From: Octopus bimaculoides
Taxonomy: Eukaryota
Direction: 5' to 3'
DNA: 64,000 nucleotides
Assembly: GCF_001194135.2 (NCBI RefSeq)
Contig: NC_068989.1
Span: forward strand, 34,239,837 to 34,303,836
Shown here: piece by piece, positions 52,754-63,806 of the stretch
Position numbering within the stretch: the first letter of the stretch is position 1
Layout: each line of letters begins with the position of its first letter
Made by a program: the position numbers and the translations under genes
Notes under the pieces: generated by a model
Databases searched by the model: none
The model's input: the letters and a program-made list of their open reading frames with translations, nothing else
Told to the model about the DNA's origin: nothing

Positions 52754-55511
52754 GCGCATGCATGCACGTCAACCATGAAGAAGTGTCATAGTTACCAAAT
52801 GTTAGTCAATTAACAAAAGCTTGTCCTTGTTAAGTAAACACTCAATTCAAGATGCAATGAAGTGATGGAAAATTTCACAATAGATAACAAATCTATCTGA
52901 TTACAGAGTTATGTTTTCCCTCCTCAAATAAATGCAAGTCAAAACACGTTTTCATGTTATAGGTTTTTTTGTTTCTGTATTCTTGATTTATGATCAGGAC
53001 AGTAAATGAGTGCAAGACAGCAACAAAAACTGACATCAATAAGTTAGACTTCGTCATTAAAATTTTTGGATTAGTTATTTCTTTTAGAATCAATTTCGGT
53101 AATGTTTTCATCCTTCTCTGATCAACAGGATCAGTACCAATCAGTTTGATTTGGTGTTTATGCTTACAACCTCCCTCTACAAAGCAGTCCTCTTAAACCA
53201 ATGTAGAAAATCAACAAAGAGCTAAACCAACGAAATATAGCATGGTGAGGAAGATGATGTTCCCTGAATAAAAACTCAAAACAAGAAACACCTTTTGTCA
53301 ATAAAATTTTGGCCATATAGTGCATTTATAACACACCTCTCTGTTGCTATGTTGTGTCTTTGGTTAAAATATTTTATGCTAACCTAAAGTACAAAATGTC
53401 TTCATAAAGAGGTCTTCAAAGTACAACGTGTAGTTCCATGGGTCAAGATTTAGCTCTGGTTTTATGGCATTGAGTAACTAAGAGACAAACATCATACTGG
53501 ATAGACATAAATAACGTACCAAAATGATCTCATAACTATTTTAATCAGGATAATGAAGTGAGGGATATAGAATTAACTGTACTGCCTAAAAGCATAAGGA
53601 AATAACTGCAATAGATTTCATTTTATAGCTTATGAACTGGTAGCCTTATACTATTTTTACTGGGCCATTTTATTTCTTCCTGGCCAAATTAGCTGTAAAC
53701 TTGTACCATGGAAAACTACAGATGGAGGAACTAAATAATGAATTTCTAAACATTAGTATTTGAGTGAGGGTATGATTGATTAAATCAACTCTAGTATTAG
53801 ACCAGTGTTTTATCAAAATGAGGATAGGCAAAGTTAAACTTCATGGGATTTGAACCTGGTATGACTAAATACTACAAGGCATTTTATGTGATACTTTAAT
53901 GATTATGCCAATCTATCACACTGAATAATTGACAAGTGTTTTGTAGCTCACACTTGTGATTCAAACCTCTAATCAACATGATGAAAAGCTGTTGGGGAAA
54001 CCATTCTAGGATATCATCTTCTGAAGATAAAGTTTTCAGTAGTGCCCCACTAATTGAATGCATTTTCCTCTACATCAATGATCTTCTTGTCAATATTCTT
54101 CAATTCATCAATGTTTATGCTGATGATACTACTCTTTATTATGGTTTTCCTGGCAATCCTTCTCCCTTAAAACAGTTGGAACTTGATGCTAGTCTTGAGG
54201 TGGAACTGCGGACTGTTTAGAAATGAAGTGAGAAGTGGTTAGTAACTTTCAACCCTGCAAAACCAAACCCATGTCTTTCAGTACGAAGCAAGATCCCTAA
54301 CTTCCTTCCATTTAAATTAGTTATAGGTCTGGGATATCACATAGTGAGACTTCAGGAAAAGCCATCTTTGAAACTGGTCTTACTTTTTCACCTGATCTTT
54401 CTTGGGGTTCTTGCAATACGATCAATTAGTAGGTCTACTTCCTGTAACATTGAGTCATTGTATAGGTCAAAGGACTATCTCACATCCAAGGTAATTTTAT
54501 ATCTTTAAAAGTTCACAATTTATTGTTGTATGGAATGCTGTGGTCATATTTGAGCAGGTACACCTTCTTGTCACTTGGATCTCCTCAACCAGGTTCAGAA
54601 GTGAGTCTCTAATTTGACTGGTACCTCTCTTGTGTCAACTCTACAACACTTGTCACATCAACGTAACATCACCAGTTTTAGTCTTTTCTATCGTCATTGC
54701 CACAAGGAGTGCTCTGCTGAACAGTCAGACTTTTAAACTCACTTCCGTCTCATTGTTTTCCTCCTTCTTATGACCTGAACACTTTCAAGTCTCGAGTAAA
54801 TTCATTCCTTTCATCTTAATTTCTCCTTCATATTCCTTTACACTAAGTGGCTTCTTGATTTGTTTGGAACTTTCTTATAAAAAAAAAAAAAAGATATAAC
54901 TGATATAATGTAGCATAATAAATGGGGAATTAATGAGTGCAAACCTTTTTGACATACAATTGTGATGTGCACATTATTATATTTGCCTCTCTCTATCTGG
55001 TTATCATTATACAGTTAAATAGTTTATAATAACTAATCAAAAACATCTAAATTTGTAGAACATAAGATCCTACCTATGCAAGTATTGAAAAATAAAGCAG
55101 TGTTTATTATATGCAAGTCTTTGCTTATCTGAATTTATGAACTAGCTTCAGCTCCCAGAGAAGGAATTTGTAATTGTCATAGATTTTATACAGTTACTTA
55201 AGTGGCAAGACCCCAGAGATAACAAAGCATATGCCAATCTAAATGCATCACAGAATTTCTGAGTTTATTTACATAAGGGACAGTTATATCTGGCTTGCAA
55301 TTCTAGATTTCAAGGATGGAATGCTAAAAGCTAAATATTTTTTTTTTTAAATTGCCAGATTATAAAAATGCCAATAATTTATAACTGTTGTACTTACTGA
55401 CACAAAGCACAGCAAGGAAAATGATGTAGATGATAAGTTCTCTTAGAGTGGTCTTCACGTGAAGTTCACGATCTCCTTTGGTCTCCTCTGTGTCACGCGT
55501 AGCCCACAAAG
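20562..55511 (-). CDS. PKD2: Polycystin-2 (TRPP2) channel gene, 12 coding exons visible, 5'-partial
   Basis: Spliced exons total 2312 nt (2 + 770 codons including stop), with GT-AG at every junction and matching phases. They encode S1, the TOP domain, S2-S6, the pore, EF-hands and the coiled coil [20 protein letters not shown] characteristic of PKD2. Confidence 0.96.
20873..21101. mobile_element. TTAA-flanked MITE (piggyBac-like), about 100 nt into the last PKD2 intron
   Basis: ttaacccttttgttacca...tggtatcaaaacagttaa. Confidence 0.7.
21400..21650 (+). mobile_element. Possible Helentron/DINE-like non-autonomous remnant
   Basis: Ends ...cccagtttggagaaaatcagttgaaaaa...(CA)n...atttatatt, a layout reminiscent of such elements. 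Weak support. Confidence 0.3.
23187..23507 (-). CDS. PKD2: PKD2 exon, 321 nt (acidic cluster, coiled coil)
   Basis: caacag|GAT GCA...ACA GAA|gtaagt; [10 protein letters not shown]...[38 protein letters not shown]. Confidence 0.95.
24182..24938 (+). repeat. Diverged direct repeat of about 220 bp (24182-24400 and 24722-24938)
   Basis: Both copies run gcattatttactaatatgtactttcgtaagc...acccttgctt. Confidence 0.9.
24940..26335 (+). mobile_element. RTE deletion derivative: 5' region and AP endonuclease joined directly to the 3' tail
   Basis: GTVNVGTL...IQAVRW...GVGILL...SAYTP...GDFNGHVG...[17 protein letters not shown], then at about 25905 the family 3' UTR ending in gatgttaaacaatgatgatgat. Confidence 0.85.
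26344..26795 (-). mobile_element. Mariner deletion derivative (452 bp)
   Basis: 32-bp TIRs (cgagatggtatcaaaaagttcctgggctagtt, 3 mismatches), TA on both sides, transposase remnant [18 protein letters not shown]. Confidence 0.92.
27466..27583 (-). CDS. PKD2: PKD2 exon (equivalent to human exon 12), 118 nt (second EF-hand)
   Basis: caatag|G CGT...CAA ACA|gtaaga; [39 protein letters not shown]. Not in the ORF track. Confidence 0.93.
27780..28480 (+). mobile_element. Pyrimidine-rich repeat ending in an RTE-type tail
   Basis: Body resembles 45850-46400, 59260-59810 and (minus) 55690-56225; ends aacattaaatgatgatgat. Confidence 0.55.
29088..29221 (-). CDS. PKD2: PKD2 exon, 134 nt (first EF-hand)
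   Basis: ctccag|GGC TAC...AAA TC|gtgagt; [44 protein letters not shown]. Not in the ORF track. Confidence 0.92.
29341..29490 (+). mobile_element. tRNA-headed CORE-like SINE
   Basis: gtggctgtttggtaagaagtttgcttcccaacc...accttgggcaagtgtcttct. Other copies near 23950, 34735, 35716 and 44780. Confidence 0.8.
30828..31047 (-). CDS. PKD2: PKD2 exon, 220 nt (pore, S6)
   Basis: tttcag|T TTC...AAG CGG|gtaggc; [28 protein letters not shown]...[17 protein letters not shown]. Confidence 0.96.
32676..33352 (-). mobile_element. Three stacked tRNA-derived SINEs of one family
   Basis: Each contains gagttcaaa (B box) and gcctttcatcctt..ggggtcga...aagtaccag. They are separated by copies of cagatgtaa. Further copies near 6660 and 19130. 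Confidence 0.85.
33804..34067. mobile_element. hAT (Buster-type) MITE, 264 bp
   Basis: 8-bp TSD ctgtagag (33796-33803 and 34068-34075), TIRs catgcatgggcaacct / aggttgtcaatctctg, internal 22-bp tandem repeat. Confidence 0.88.
34268..34449 (-). CDS. PKD2: PKD2 exon (equivalent to human exon 8), 182 nt (S4-S5 linker, S5)
   Basis: tttcag|ATC TTC...GCT TT|gtaaga; [48 protein letters not shown]. Not in the ORF track. Confidence 0.95.
35173..35409 (-). CDS. PKD2: PKD2 exon, 237 nt (S3-S4)
   Basis: ttgcag|ATC AAG...ATC AAG|gtaaga; [19 protein letters not shown]...[15 protein letters not shown]. Confidence 0.95.
36095..36257 (-). CDS. PKD2: PKD2 exon, 163 nt (end of TOP domain, S2)
   Basis: ttccag|A CTG...ATT GAG|gtatat; [54 protein letters not shown]. 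Not in the ORF track. Confidence 0.94.
37893..38117 (-). CDS. PKD2: PKD2 exon (equivalent to human exon 5), 225 nt
   Basis: tgatag|G TTC...ATG AG|gtaagt; [16 protein letters not shown]...[27 protein letters not shown]. Confidence 0.95.
38598..38666 (-). ncRNA. Minimal type I hammerhead ribozyme with intact core
   Basis: gtctgta CTGAAGA gaag-[loop]-tttc GAAAC cg GTC tacggat: 7-bp stem I, 4-bp stem II, palindromic stem III ACCGGT. Confidence 0.75.
39390..39995 (-). mobile_element. RTE 3'-tail / non-autonomous repeat
   Basis: catcatcatcgtttaatgtccgc...ctggatgcccttcctaacgccaaccac, the same tail as 52100-52385. More than 15 copies in the window. Confidence 0.85.
40380..41860 (+). mobile_element. 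Penelope-like element remnant: GIY-YIG C-terminus between inverted pseudo-LTRs
   Basis: 40800-41010 reads [17 protein letters not shown].../...[21 protein letters not shown] (frameshift and stop). 40380-40790 is an inverted copy of parts of 41250-41860. Confidence 0.75.
41712..41762 (+). ncRNA. Degenerate type I hammerhead in the Penelope-like pseudo-LTR (mirror copy at 40487-40536, minus)
   Basis: gcatt CTGAAAA gatttact-aatact-agtaaatt GAAAC gatc GTA aattc. The mirror copy has CTGAAGA and aatgc but has lost GAAA. Confidence 0.65.
42020..42720 (-). mobile_element. RTE-tail repeat, duplicated across gap 42324-42367
   Basis: Same tail as 39390; near-identical copies on both sides of the N run. 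Confidence 0.8.
43318..43577 (-). CDS. PKD2: PKD2 exon (equivalent to human exon 4), 260 nt, TOP domain
   Basis: tgctag|TTT GCA...AAT GC|gtatgt; [17 protein letters not shown]...[23 protein letters not shown]. Confidence 0.95.
43880..44300 (+). mobile_element. Degenerate RTE fragment (PHD-like and post-RT region)
   Basis: [23 protein letters not shown], parallel to 51620-51990. Confidence 0.65.
44553..44940 (-). mobile_element. Near-full-length tRNA-headed CORE-like SINE
   Basis: Head at 44940, CORE-like centre, internal microsatellite, tail ending in (TA)n. Confidence 0.8.
45492..45619 (-). CDS. PKD2: PKD2 exon (equivalent to human exon 3), 128 nt
   Basis: ttctag|TT ACA...TGG AAA|gtaggt; [42 protein letters not shown]. 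Confidence 0.93.
49190..49416. mobile_element. TTAA-type MITE
   Basis: ctttagtgtt...aacactaaagtgttaa inverted ends. Confidence 0.55.
50075..52385 (+). mobile_element. 5'-truncated, inactive RTE LINE; RT core lies in gap 50867-51520
   Basis: [11 protein letters not shown]...[11 protein letters not shown]...IPNDW...[12 protein letters not shown]...RYLGD...LHGS...RWMCNV. Contains stops and frameshifts, a deletion at about 52097, and the tail gttaaacgatgatgat. Confidence 0.92.
53975..54850 (+). mobile_element. Degenerate CR1/Jockey-group LINE RT fragment
   Basis: FLYINDL...YADDTTLY, then WLVTFNPAK. Confidence 0.75.
55398..55511 (-). CDS. PKD2: PKD2 exon (equivalent to human exon 2), 114 nt
   Basis: ttttttcag|CT TTG TGG...GTC A|gtaagt; [37 protein letters not shown]. 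Not in the ORF track. Confidence 0.93.
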
Positions 55512-56262
55512 CTGAAAAAAAAATGAAAACAAAGGAATCAGATGATTATAATAAATCTATAAAACCAATAAAACATTTTGCTTAAGATAATTGTTGTTAA
55601 TGAGCTCCAGGTAGGTTCTGATGGAACAGATTGACGATGAAAGGCATTCCAGTCATGAGCACCCAACTTTTTATTCACAGTGTATCTAGGCTCACATCAT
55701 CATTTAATGTCCATGTTGTCCATGCTGGCATGGGTTAGATGGTTTGATAGAATCCAACTGCATTGTACTCCAGTGTCTGATTTGGCATGGTTTTTATGAT
55801 TGGACACCCTTCTTATACCACCCACTTTTCAGTGCGTACTGAGTGAGTTTTTTTGTGGCAACAGCATTAGTGAGGTTGCCATGCAGCCTGAAAGATTAAG
55901 ATACCCTTCAACTGAGAAAGGCTGCATTAGAGAAGGAAGTGGCTTTATGCTTTGAATTGAGGGTTAAAGTATGAGAGAAAGGGACAGAACAGAACAGGCT
56001 TCTTGCTGTAGAGGAGCTACACAATTACTCAGGTTATAGAAGATATAGAGGAAGTGCCCAGAGTAGAGCTAGAAAGAGAGAAAAGTAGTGACGATGAGGT
56101 GCCAGGGTGGACCCTCAAGATATGATGCAAGTAGATGTGAGTGAGGATAGGAGAACAGAAAGAGTGGTTGGGTAGAGGTTGTAAGAGTGTATAGGAGAGC
56201 TAGAGATAGTTAGTGAGGAAATGCGTTAGAAGGAGAATATAATGAAGAACAAGTGTCTATAT

Positions 56263-59055
56263 CAGTGTTTCCCAAACTTTTCATGCCAAATTGCAATATC
56301 ACCCACCTGTCAACCAAAAATTGCTCTAGCGTCCCCCTATATAAAAAAAAAACACTGTCCCCCAGCAAAAAAAAAAAAAAAAAAATCCCCCCTGTATCAT
56401 TTGACATGCATTATATCGTATACACACTATATCATTGCCCTGTTAGTGCCGTTTGGACTAAATATGCAGTTGTTTACAAATCCTTTATTGTGGGTTTAGT
56501 TTTGCCATTAGTGTACATACAATTCTAGCATTAACTTTATATTATGCAGACAGATTAACTTCTAGAAACTTGCGCTTTCTTTTACACTGATATTCATTTT
56601 CCCCAAATGAACAATTGATCAGAACTACTGATGCAAAAATAATTAATGATTGTATTATAAAGGAAAAGAATAAAACTTTTTAATGAGAACCATGTGTCTG
56701 GTGCGATGCAGCTAGTGCAGATACATTCAGTTTCAAACTTGTCAACTTTAGTTGCAAGTCTCCTCATTGTATCACATCCAGTCCAATTCTTTTATGGGAA
56801 AATAAAGTTCCAACATGGTTAAAACCAGCTTCAACCAGGTATGAGGTAGAGAAGGCAAGTAAAGTAATTTCAGATGTTTCCACAGATTGGGGTAGGAATT
56901 CAATATACCCTGATGGTACTACAAACCTTCTTTGCCATTACAGCAATATCGCATTGCAGCATCATTGTCATTTCGTAATTCTATCAATTCCTCCTGAACA
57001 TCATCCTCGCAATCAACTGTATCAATCTCAAACAGATTGCTATACCAATTTGGAATATTCAGCGCAATAACATCTTGAAATCACTCCACCATGTTATTGT
57101 GCAATGATTGTAAATAGCTGCGATATGTAGTTAAATCCTCATCAACCAATTCATCTTTCAAAGAATCAAGTTGTGGAAACTGATGGAATTGACATTTTGA
57201 AATGTTAGTCTAATACAGTACCAATTTCAAAATGAAGGTAATGATAAATGATTTACAATCATCGAGAGATTTTCTGTTTCCTTACAATAATTTATTCAAA
57301 TATCACAACTTGCAGCCATCAATGAAGCGGATAGTGGAGTATCTTCAAAGAAAGATATGATTATATGAAACAGTTTGACAAAGCATAAAACACAGTTTCC
57401 TTTTGACAGCCACCACACTTCAGTATGGTATAAGAGTTTAGTATGGTCCTCATCATTTCTTAGACATAGTAGACGGAAATTCGATCAGACAAGGGACTGG
57501 ACTTCAATTTGTTCACAGTCTTGATAACTAACTGTAGCACATCATTCAACCTACCATTCATATTTTTTGCCACTAAATGCTGCCAGTGTGCCAAGCAATG
57601 AACAGTTACTATCTGGTGGGAAATTTCACTTTTTAGGAGAGATAAAAAACCTCTGTATCTTCCTATCATCGAAGGGGCTCCATCAGATGCACAGGCAAGA
57701 CTATTACTGAGTGGGATATTATGTTCAAGAAGGAAAGACTTGGGAGTGTGAAAAATAGTTGCACTTCTTGAATAAAGCGGCAATTTCTCTGTGAACAGCA
57801 TTTCCTCACAAGATTGAAGGTCTTCGCTGAAATACCGAACATATACCATCATCAAACATTGATTATCAACAACAGTTGACTGATCCACTTGTATAGAAAA
57901 TTCAGAACGCTGGAGAATACTAATGAGCTGATGTTTGACATCGTTGGCCATTTCTTCAATGCTTCAAGAAATTGTGTTATTACTAAGTGGGATCTTCTTC
58001 ATAATGTTATTGCGTTTTTCATGCATAACGGTTGACAAAACCTCTTCGATAACTGGGCAAAATAATGTTTCTCGAATTGTGTGAGACTTCTGAGACTTAG
58101 CAATAAGTAATACAATGTTGTACGATGCAATCAACCCACCATTCTCCTGTTTACTAGTTTCCTGGAGTAGCGTGTTGAATGTTTGTATTTACTTTTTGAA
58201 AGAGGAGCTCAGTTGCAAAAAGTATGATAACAACTTGTCCTTCTTGTCAGAATGCTTTGCATCAAAGTGATACTTCAAGCGTGAAGATTTCATGGCTTTG
58301 TTGGTCAATGTTTGATGGCAAAGAAATTGGTAACTGACATTTCTGAAGAGAGGGAATAAATCCAAACGATAAATAATCGCTACTGTACTATCGACAAATT
58401 TTCTTGACTGGAGGCATCAATAAAGTGAAAATGTGAAAACAAATTTCTATAGACACCATCAGAAAGGCAGTATGGTATTCCCAAAGAAAAGAAGTCAATA
58501 GAGCAGAGTTCAGATGACACGTCTTTACTGGAGCAAATATGGATCTAGTTCATTTTGTCAACATCTTGAAAATAGCACTTGTGTCTTGATATGAAACCCC
58601 AGAATTACACATGACATATAACCCCCTCATAGCTTTTTTTATTTTACAGAATTTTCAGAAAATGTTTGCGAATTTGAATTCTATACGCAGGACTTCATAC
58701 GATTATGCAAAAACAAAAATTGTACTGGAGTGTGATTTAAGGCCTAGGCTTATTTGGCTGCTATTTTTAGCATGCATGACAACCATCTCAATGACCAAGA
58801 CAATAATATTCAATTGATAAACAAGTCCACTTTTTTAATACAAAGGGACATCTCATGCGAGTAGTCAAATTGACAAAAGTTCATCCTTATTCTAGACATG
58901 CCTAGGTATTAGTAAATGCAGACTTAATTTCTAAAAATTCATTGTCACCCACAATATGTTCATATTGCCCACCAAAATCTCGAATCGCTCATCATTTTCT
59001 AGAAATTCGCCCATCGCCCACAAGTGGGCGATATTGCTCACTTTGAGAAGCTATA
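56263..59055 (-). mobile_element. hAT Buster/Charlie-type DNA transposon, about 2.8 kb
   Basis: gtctatat(c) duplicated at 56255-56262 and 59056-59063; left end cagtgtttcccaaact; degenerate right TIR cactttgagaagcta. Confidence 0.88.
56680..58417 (-). pseudogene. Buster-type hAT transposase pseudogene
   Basis: ATG at 58417 (MPPVKK); SIQVDQST, ASDGAPSM and HCLAH motifs; C-terminal HQTHGSH*; multiple stops and frameshifts. Confidence 0.9.
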
Positions 59056-60044
59056 GTCTATATCAATCAATGTATCTTTCCTTTTTAAAGATGGTTGGCT
59101 GAGATTTGTTGCCCTTCCATCTAAGAATCATGAAAATGAAACCAAAAGTCAAGTGAAGTGATTATTTTTACTAAGAACTGAAATCCTGTCCTAAACTCTA
59201 TTAATCAGAAACATACCTCTTACCTCCAGCACCTTCTACAGTTTATTACAACAGTAATTATAGCACTATCCACCCTGTTCACTATTTACTGCAATCACCT
59301 TTATTCCCATCTCTAACCATCTGTCACTCTCTTTCACACACTTGCAAACTCACTTACCTATCCAATCTTTCCAAACTTCTTACACTCTTGTACCTTGAGG
59401 GTACCTCACCATCACCACATCTTTTCTCTCTTTCCAGCTAGGGTAGCTAGCCATGTATCTCATTTACAGTAAGATGCCTCATACTGTCTTTCTAACTTAT
59501 TTTAACCTCTCAATACCAGGCACAACACCACCTCCTTCAAAACTATGTGCGCACACCCCCACACACACACTCAGTTGAGAAGTCTTATCATGTAAATTAT
59601 TTGGTGACTCAGTAGTGCTAGTGCCATGAAAAATGCACAGAGTACATTTTGTAAAAAGATTTCATAAAAAAGGAGGACATCCAGCTATAGAAACTATGCC
59701 AAAGCAGACATTGGAGCTTGACACAGTCCTCTGGTTCATCGAGTCTCATTGAACATTCAAGCCATATTAGTATGATGAAAGACAGATGTTAAATGATGAT
59801 GATGATAATGATGCACATGTATATATGTAGGCAAAAATACAAACAAATAAAATGAGTAAGATTATAAGGGAAAGACGAATCAAACAAATAATTCAATAAG
59901 CCAAGAAAAATATAGGGATTGTGAGGTCCCTTTAGTCAAGCTGAGAACATGACAACCTCTCTCATGCTGGTGTCGCAAAAAATACTCTGTAAAATATGAG
60001 AACCTTCAATCTTAATGAGGACATGACACCACTCTAATGATGCA

Positions 60045-60880
60045 TCATCATCATTTAACGTCCGCTTTCCATGCTAGCATGGGTTGGACGATTTGACTGA
60101 GGACTGGTGAACCTGATGGCTGCACCAGGCTCCAATCTCATCTGGCAGAGTTTCTACAGCTGGATGCCCTTCCTAACGCCAACCACTCCGAGAGTGTAGT
60201 GGGTGCTTTTACGTGCCACCGGCACAAGGGCCAGTTTTTGCGGTACTGGCAACGGCCACGCACAAAATGGTGTTTTTTACGTGCCACCTGCACAGGAGCC
60301 AGTCCAGCAGCACTGGCAATGACCTCGCTCGAATGTTTTCTAACGTGTCACTGGCACAAGTGCCAGTAAGGCAATACTGGTAACGATCACGCTCAAATGG
60401 TGCTATTTACGTGCCACTGGCACGGAAGCCAGACAGCTGCTCTGGCAATGATCACGCTCGGACGGTGCTGTTAGTGCTCCACTGGCACAAGTGCCAGTCA
60501 TCGAATATGATTCAATTACGATTTCGATTTCGATTTCACTTGCCCCAACAGTTCTTCGCAAGCAGAGTTTAGTGTCCTATTAAGGAGAGGTTGGCATGGG
60601 TGCCAGTCATCGAATTTGGTTCGATTTCGATTTCACTTGCCTCAACAGGTCTTTGGAAGCAGAGTTTGTGAAAAAAGTACCCAGTACATTCTGTAAAGTG
60701 ATTCATGTTAGGAAGGTTATTCAGCTGCAGAAACCAAACCATAAATGAAATGTAGGTGATGAGGCCCCCTAAACCTGTAGGTAAGCAGTATATCCAAATA
60801 TATGCTGTCTCCAACTGTGATAACCTCCTGATTCTATGCCAACATGGAAAGCAGATGTGAAATGAAGATGATGATGACAT
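60045..60880. mobile_element. Divergent pair of RTE-tail repeats
   Basis: Minus copy 60045-60590; plus copy ending aaatgaagatgatgatg at about 60875. Confidence 0.75.
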
Positions 60881-61704
60881 ATACAAATATGTGGTTTATT
60901 ATTTATACAATAGTATAAATTTAGTCTTGTAAGAGCCTAATTTACTAACCAGTTTCATGTTGCAAAACATTCCAAACATAGAAATTAAATTAACAATCAT
61001 CAGATATGACTGAATAGAAGAAAATGGCTTGAGCTTTTTATTACTGGAGGCCTCAACCCACTGCACCAAAGACATTTTAAAAAATTGAATGAAACTCACT
61101 GATAGAAAGCATACAGTAAAAAAGAAGGCTGGCTCTTACATTAGTCCCTTTTATCCATTGTCCCACGTATCAGTATTCAAGTGGTAAATGTCTACCCCAG
61201 TTTTATGTATATGTGATTGTGGAATGAAGATGAGATAAGGGTGAAGCAGAGAAGATTAGGAAGAAGAGAGAAAGTGGACTGAGACAGAGAGGAGATTTCT
61301 TTTTAAGGGTATGCATGATTGTGTATATATATATATGGGTGTTTATAAGAGTTGACTGTGGGGAAAATATATTCCTTATGTTGAGAGGACTACTAAAGGA
61401 AGAAATGTCAACTCTTACAGTTAGTGTAAAACTGACCACCTGGCTAAGAGAACATGAAGAAAATATTTCCATTTTAGAGTTCAGATAGGTGCCCTCAGTG
61501 GAGGGAATTCTTCAAAATAGTCCTTTTCTCTCATAAACAAAGTCTGCACTTCCTTTCTACACTTGGGAGATTCTTCAACATGAAACCATTTGGTAATGTG
61601 AATTGACTATTGAGATTATTAAGTTTATAATGTTATATAAATAACATATCCACTCTGTAACCTAATACAGAAGTGTCTGTCTTGTATTTTTAACTAATGA
61701 AAAC

Positions 61705-61760
<56 letters not shown>

Positions 61761-62753
61761 CAGACATGCATAAATATAGTTATCCACTGAGTTTTCATAA
61801 TAAATATAATGGTACAGTCTTCTGCCTAGCCAGCTCCTGTCAAACCATCCAACCCATGTCAGCATGGAAAGTGGACATTAAATGATGATGATATACAAAC
61901 ACAGAGGAGAGAGAGAGAGAGAGAAAGAACAGAGAAAGAGGGAGGAAAGAGAGAAAATACAAGTATAATAGTTATAATACAAAACAGTAAAAAGCAGTTT
62001 GTATAGTATCATAGGAATTAATGAATTCAATGATCTGGAAACGATATGCCCAGACATGAATTTTTGTATCTATATACAGTGTGGGGGAGGATACAACTAG
62101 CAATAGGAATAATAAAGATGATTGTGGAGGTGGAAGGTGGAACATCAATAAATTCAGCATCTCTATCATTCTCTATTTCCTTATGATTTATGATGATCAT
62201 CATCATTAGCATCATCATCTATCAACTTCTCACTCAAATGCATTGGTGTCAAAGTGGAAAAATTACTCAGTCCATATAAACACACACACACACACACATA
62301 CATACATAAATATATATCATCATCATTTAATGTCCGCGTTCCATGCTGGCATGGGCTAGACAGTTTGACTGGAACTGGTAAGCCGGAGGGCTACACCAGG
62401 TTCCAGTGTGATTTGGCATAGTTCCTGCAGCTGGATGCCCTTCCTAACACCAACTACTCTGAGAGTGTAATGGGTGCTTTTTACGTGCTGCTGGCACAGA
62501 TGCTATTTACATGACACCAGCAACAGCCATGACTACAATTCCATGGGTGCCATTTACATGACACTGGCAACAGCCACAAATATCATTTCACTTGGCTTGA
62601 CAAATCTTCTCAAGCACAGCATATCACAAAAGGTCTCGGTCATTTGTCATTACCTCCGTTATTTACACTAATGTTTGTTTTTATGTCAAGTTATACATAG
62701 AAACAATTTAACATTAAACTGAAGGATTACTTAATACTATTTAGTAGAGTATA

Positions 62754-62893
62754 TATTTATAAGCCTTTACAGGGAAAAGGTTGACAGCAACTTTGAAGTT
62801 TGGCTTGCTCATCTTCATCAGAATGTCTGATGAAGATGAGCAAGCTGAAACTAAAGTTTCTGTCAATCTTTTCCTTGTAAAAGTTAATAAATA
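62754..62893. repeat. 140-nt imperfect palindrome
   Basis: 20 consecutive Watson-Crick pairs close a 3-nt loop (62823-62825); arms are about 65 nt. Confidence 0.9.
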
Positions 62894-63359
62894 AATAGCT
62901 GTAAGTATATAACTGTAAATGTGTAACCCTGCAAAAGACTGGTTTTCCATTCACAGATAATGTTGGCCTGCCCAACTAACCAGCAGGGTGGCATCATTCA
63001 AAAGTTAAAGCAATGTGAGGAAGCATTGTGACCTTGATGAATAACAACATCCAACAGTCTGGTCAATACGGTAAGATATATATATATACACACGGAATGT
63101 ACTGGGTGCCTTTTTTATGGCACCAGTACTAGTGACGTAACCATGTAACTCACAAAACTAAAGAGATCCCTTATTTGAGTATTAGCATAGAAGAGAGGGA
63201 AGTTGCTTTGTGCTATATATATATTATTCTGAAAGGGTCAGATGGCTGCTTCACAAAATCATGGGTTCAATGATCAGGAAATTTAGCATTTGTTGAACAA
63301 CTAGATACTCATCAGTGAACCTAAAGGAGATCCATCTATATATATGTATGTCATTATTC

Positions 63360-63765
63360 AGTTTTATTTCAAGATTTCTTACAGTTTCTGTGATGGCTTG
63401 AATCTGTAATTTTCAAATCAGCTTTCTCCTTTCTGGTTTTGAGAAGCCTAATTTCTCAAGATTGGTATTTAAGCAGTATATTACATATCTGTGCCCCACT
63501 AATTACAGGCATAAACCTGAACTTGTAATCTGGATAGAGTAATTGCATATTTCTCAATAGTTCAGTGAAGGTGTTCTCTTTTTTACTGCTCTTTAGTTTT
63601 ACGTTAACATCAACTAGGCAGCTGATTTCCACAACTGTACACAGTTTCTTTTCTGTATCCCAAATCATTATATCAGGTTTATTGTGTTTACATTTTATTG
63701 AGGTTTTCACTGGGACATTCCACCTGTACTCTTTTTTATTATAAGTGGCTGTGGCTTCTACCATA
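63360..63765 (-). mobile_element. 3' end of an RLE-endonuclease non-LTR retrotransposon (R2 group)
   Basis: CKHNKPDIMIWD...CTVVEIS..VDVNV..K..KKE, a PD-(D/E)xK restriction-like endonuclease. Confidence 0.75.
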
Positions 63766-63806
63766 CTGTGAGTTCTTATTCCTTTGTCCTCAGGGATGTA
63801 TACATA

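Noticed and set aside
52893-53300. Non-repetitive-looking stretch as a possible exon of a nested gene
   Set aside because: No recognisable domain or convincing splice sites in any frame.
61130-61200. Candidate PKD2 exon 1 (minus-strand gtaag donor near 61139)
   Set aside because: The required phase puts a TAA immediately before the donor.
62826-62862. CTGATGA...GAAAC...GTT as a functional hammerhead
   Set aside because: No stem I pairing and only 2 bp of stem II. Kept only as part of the hairpin finding.
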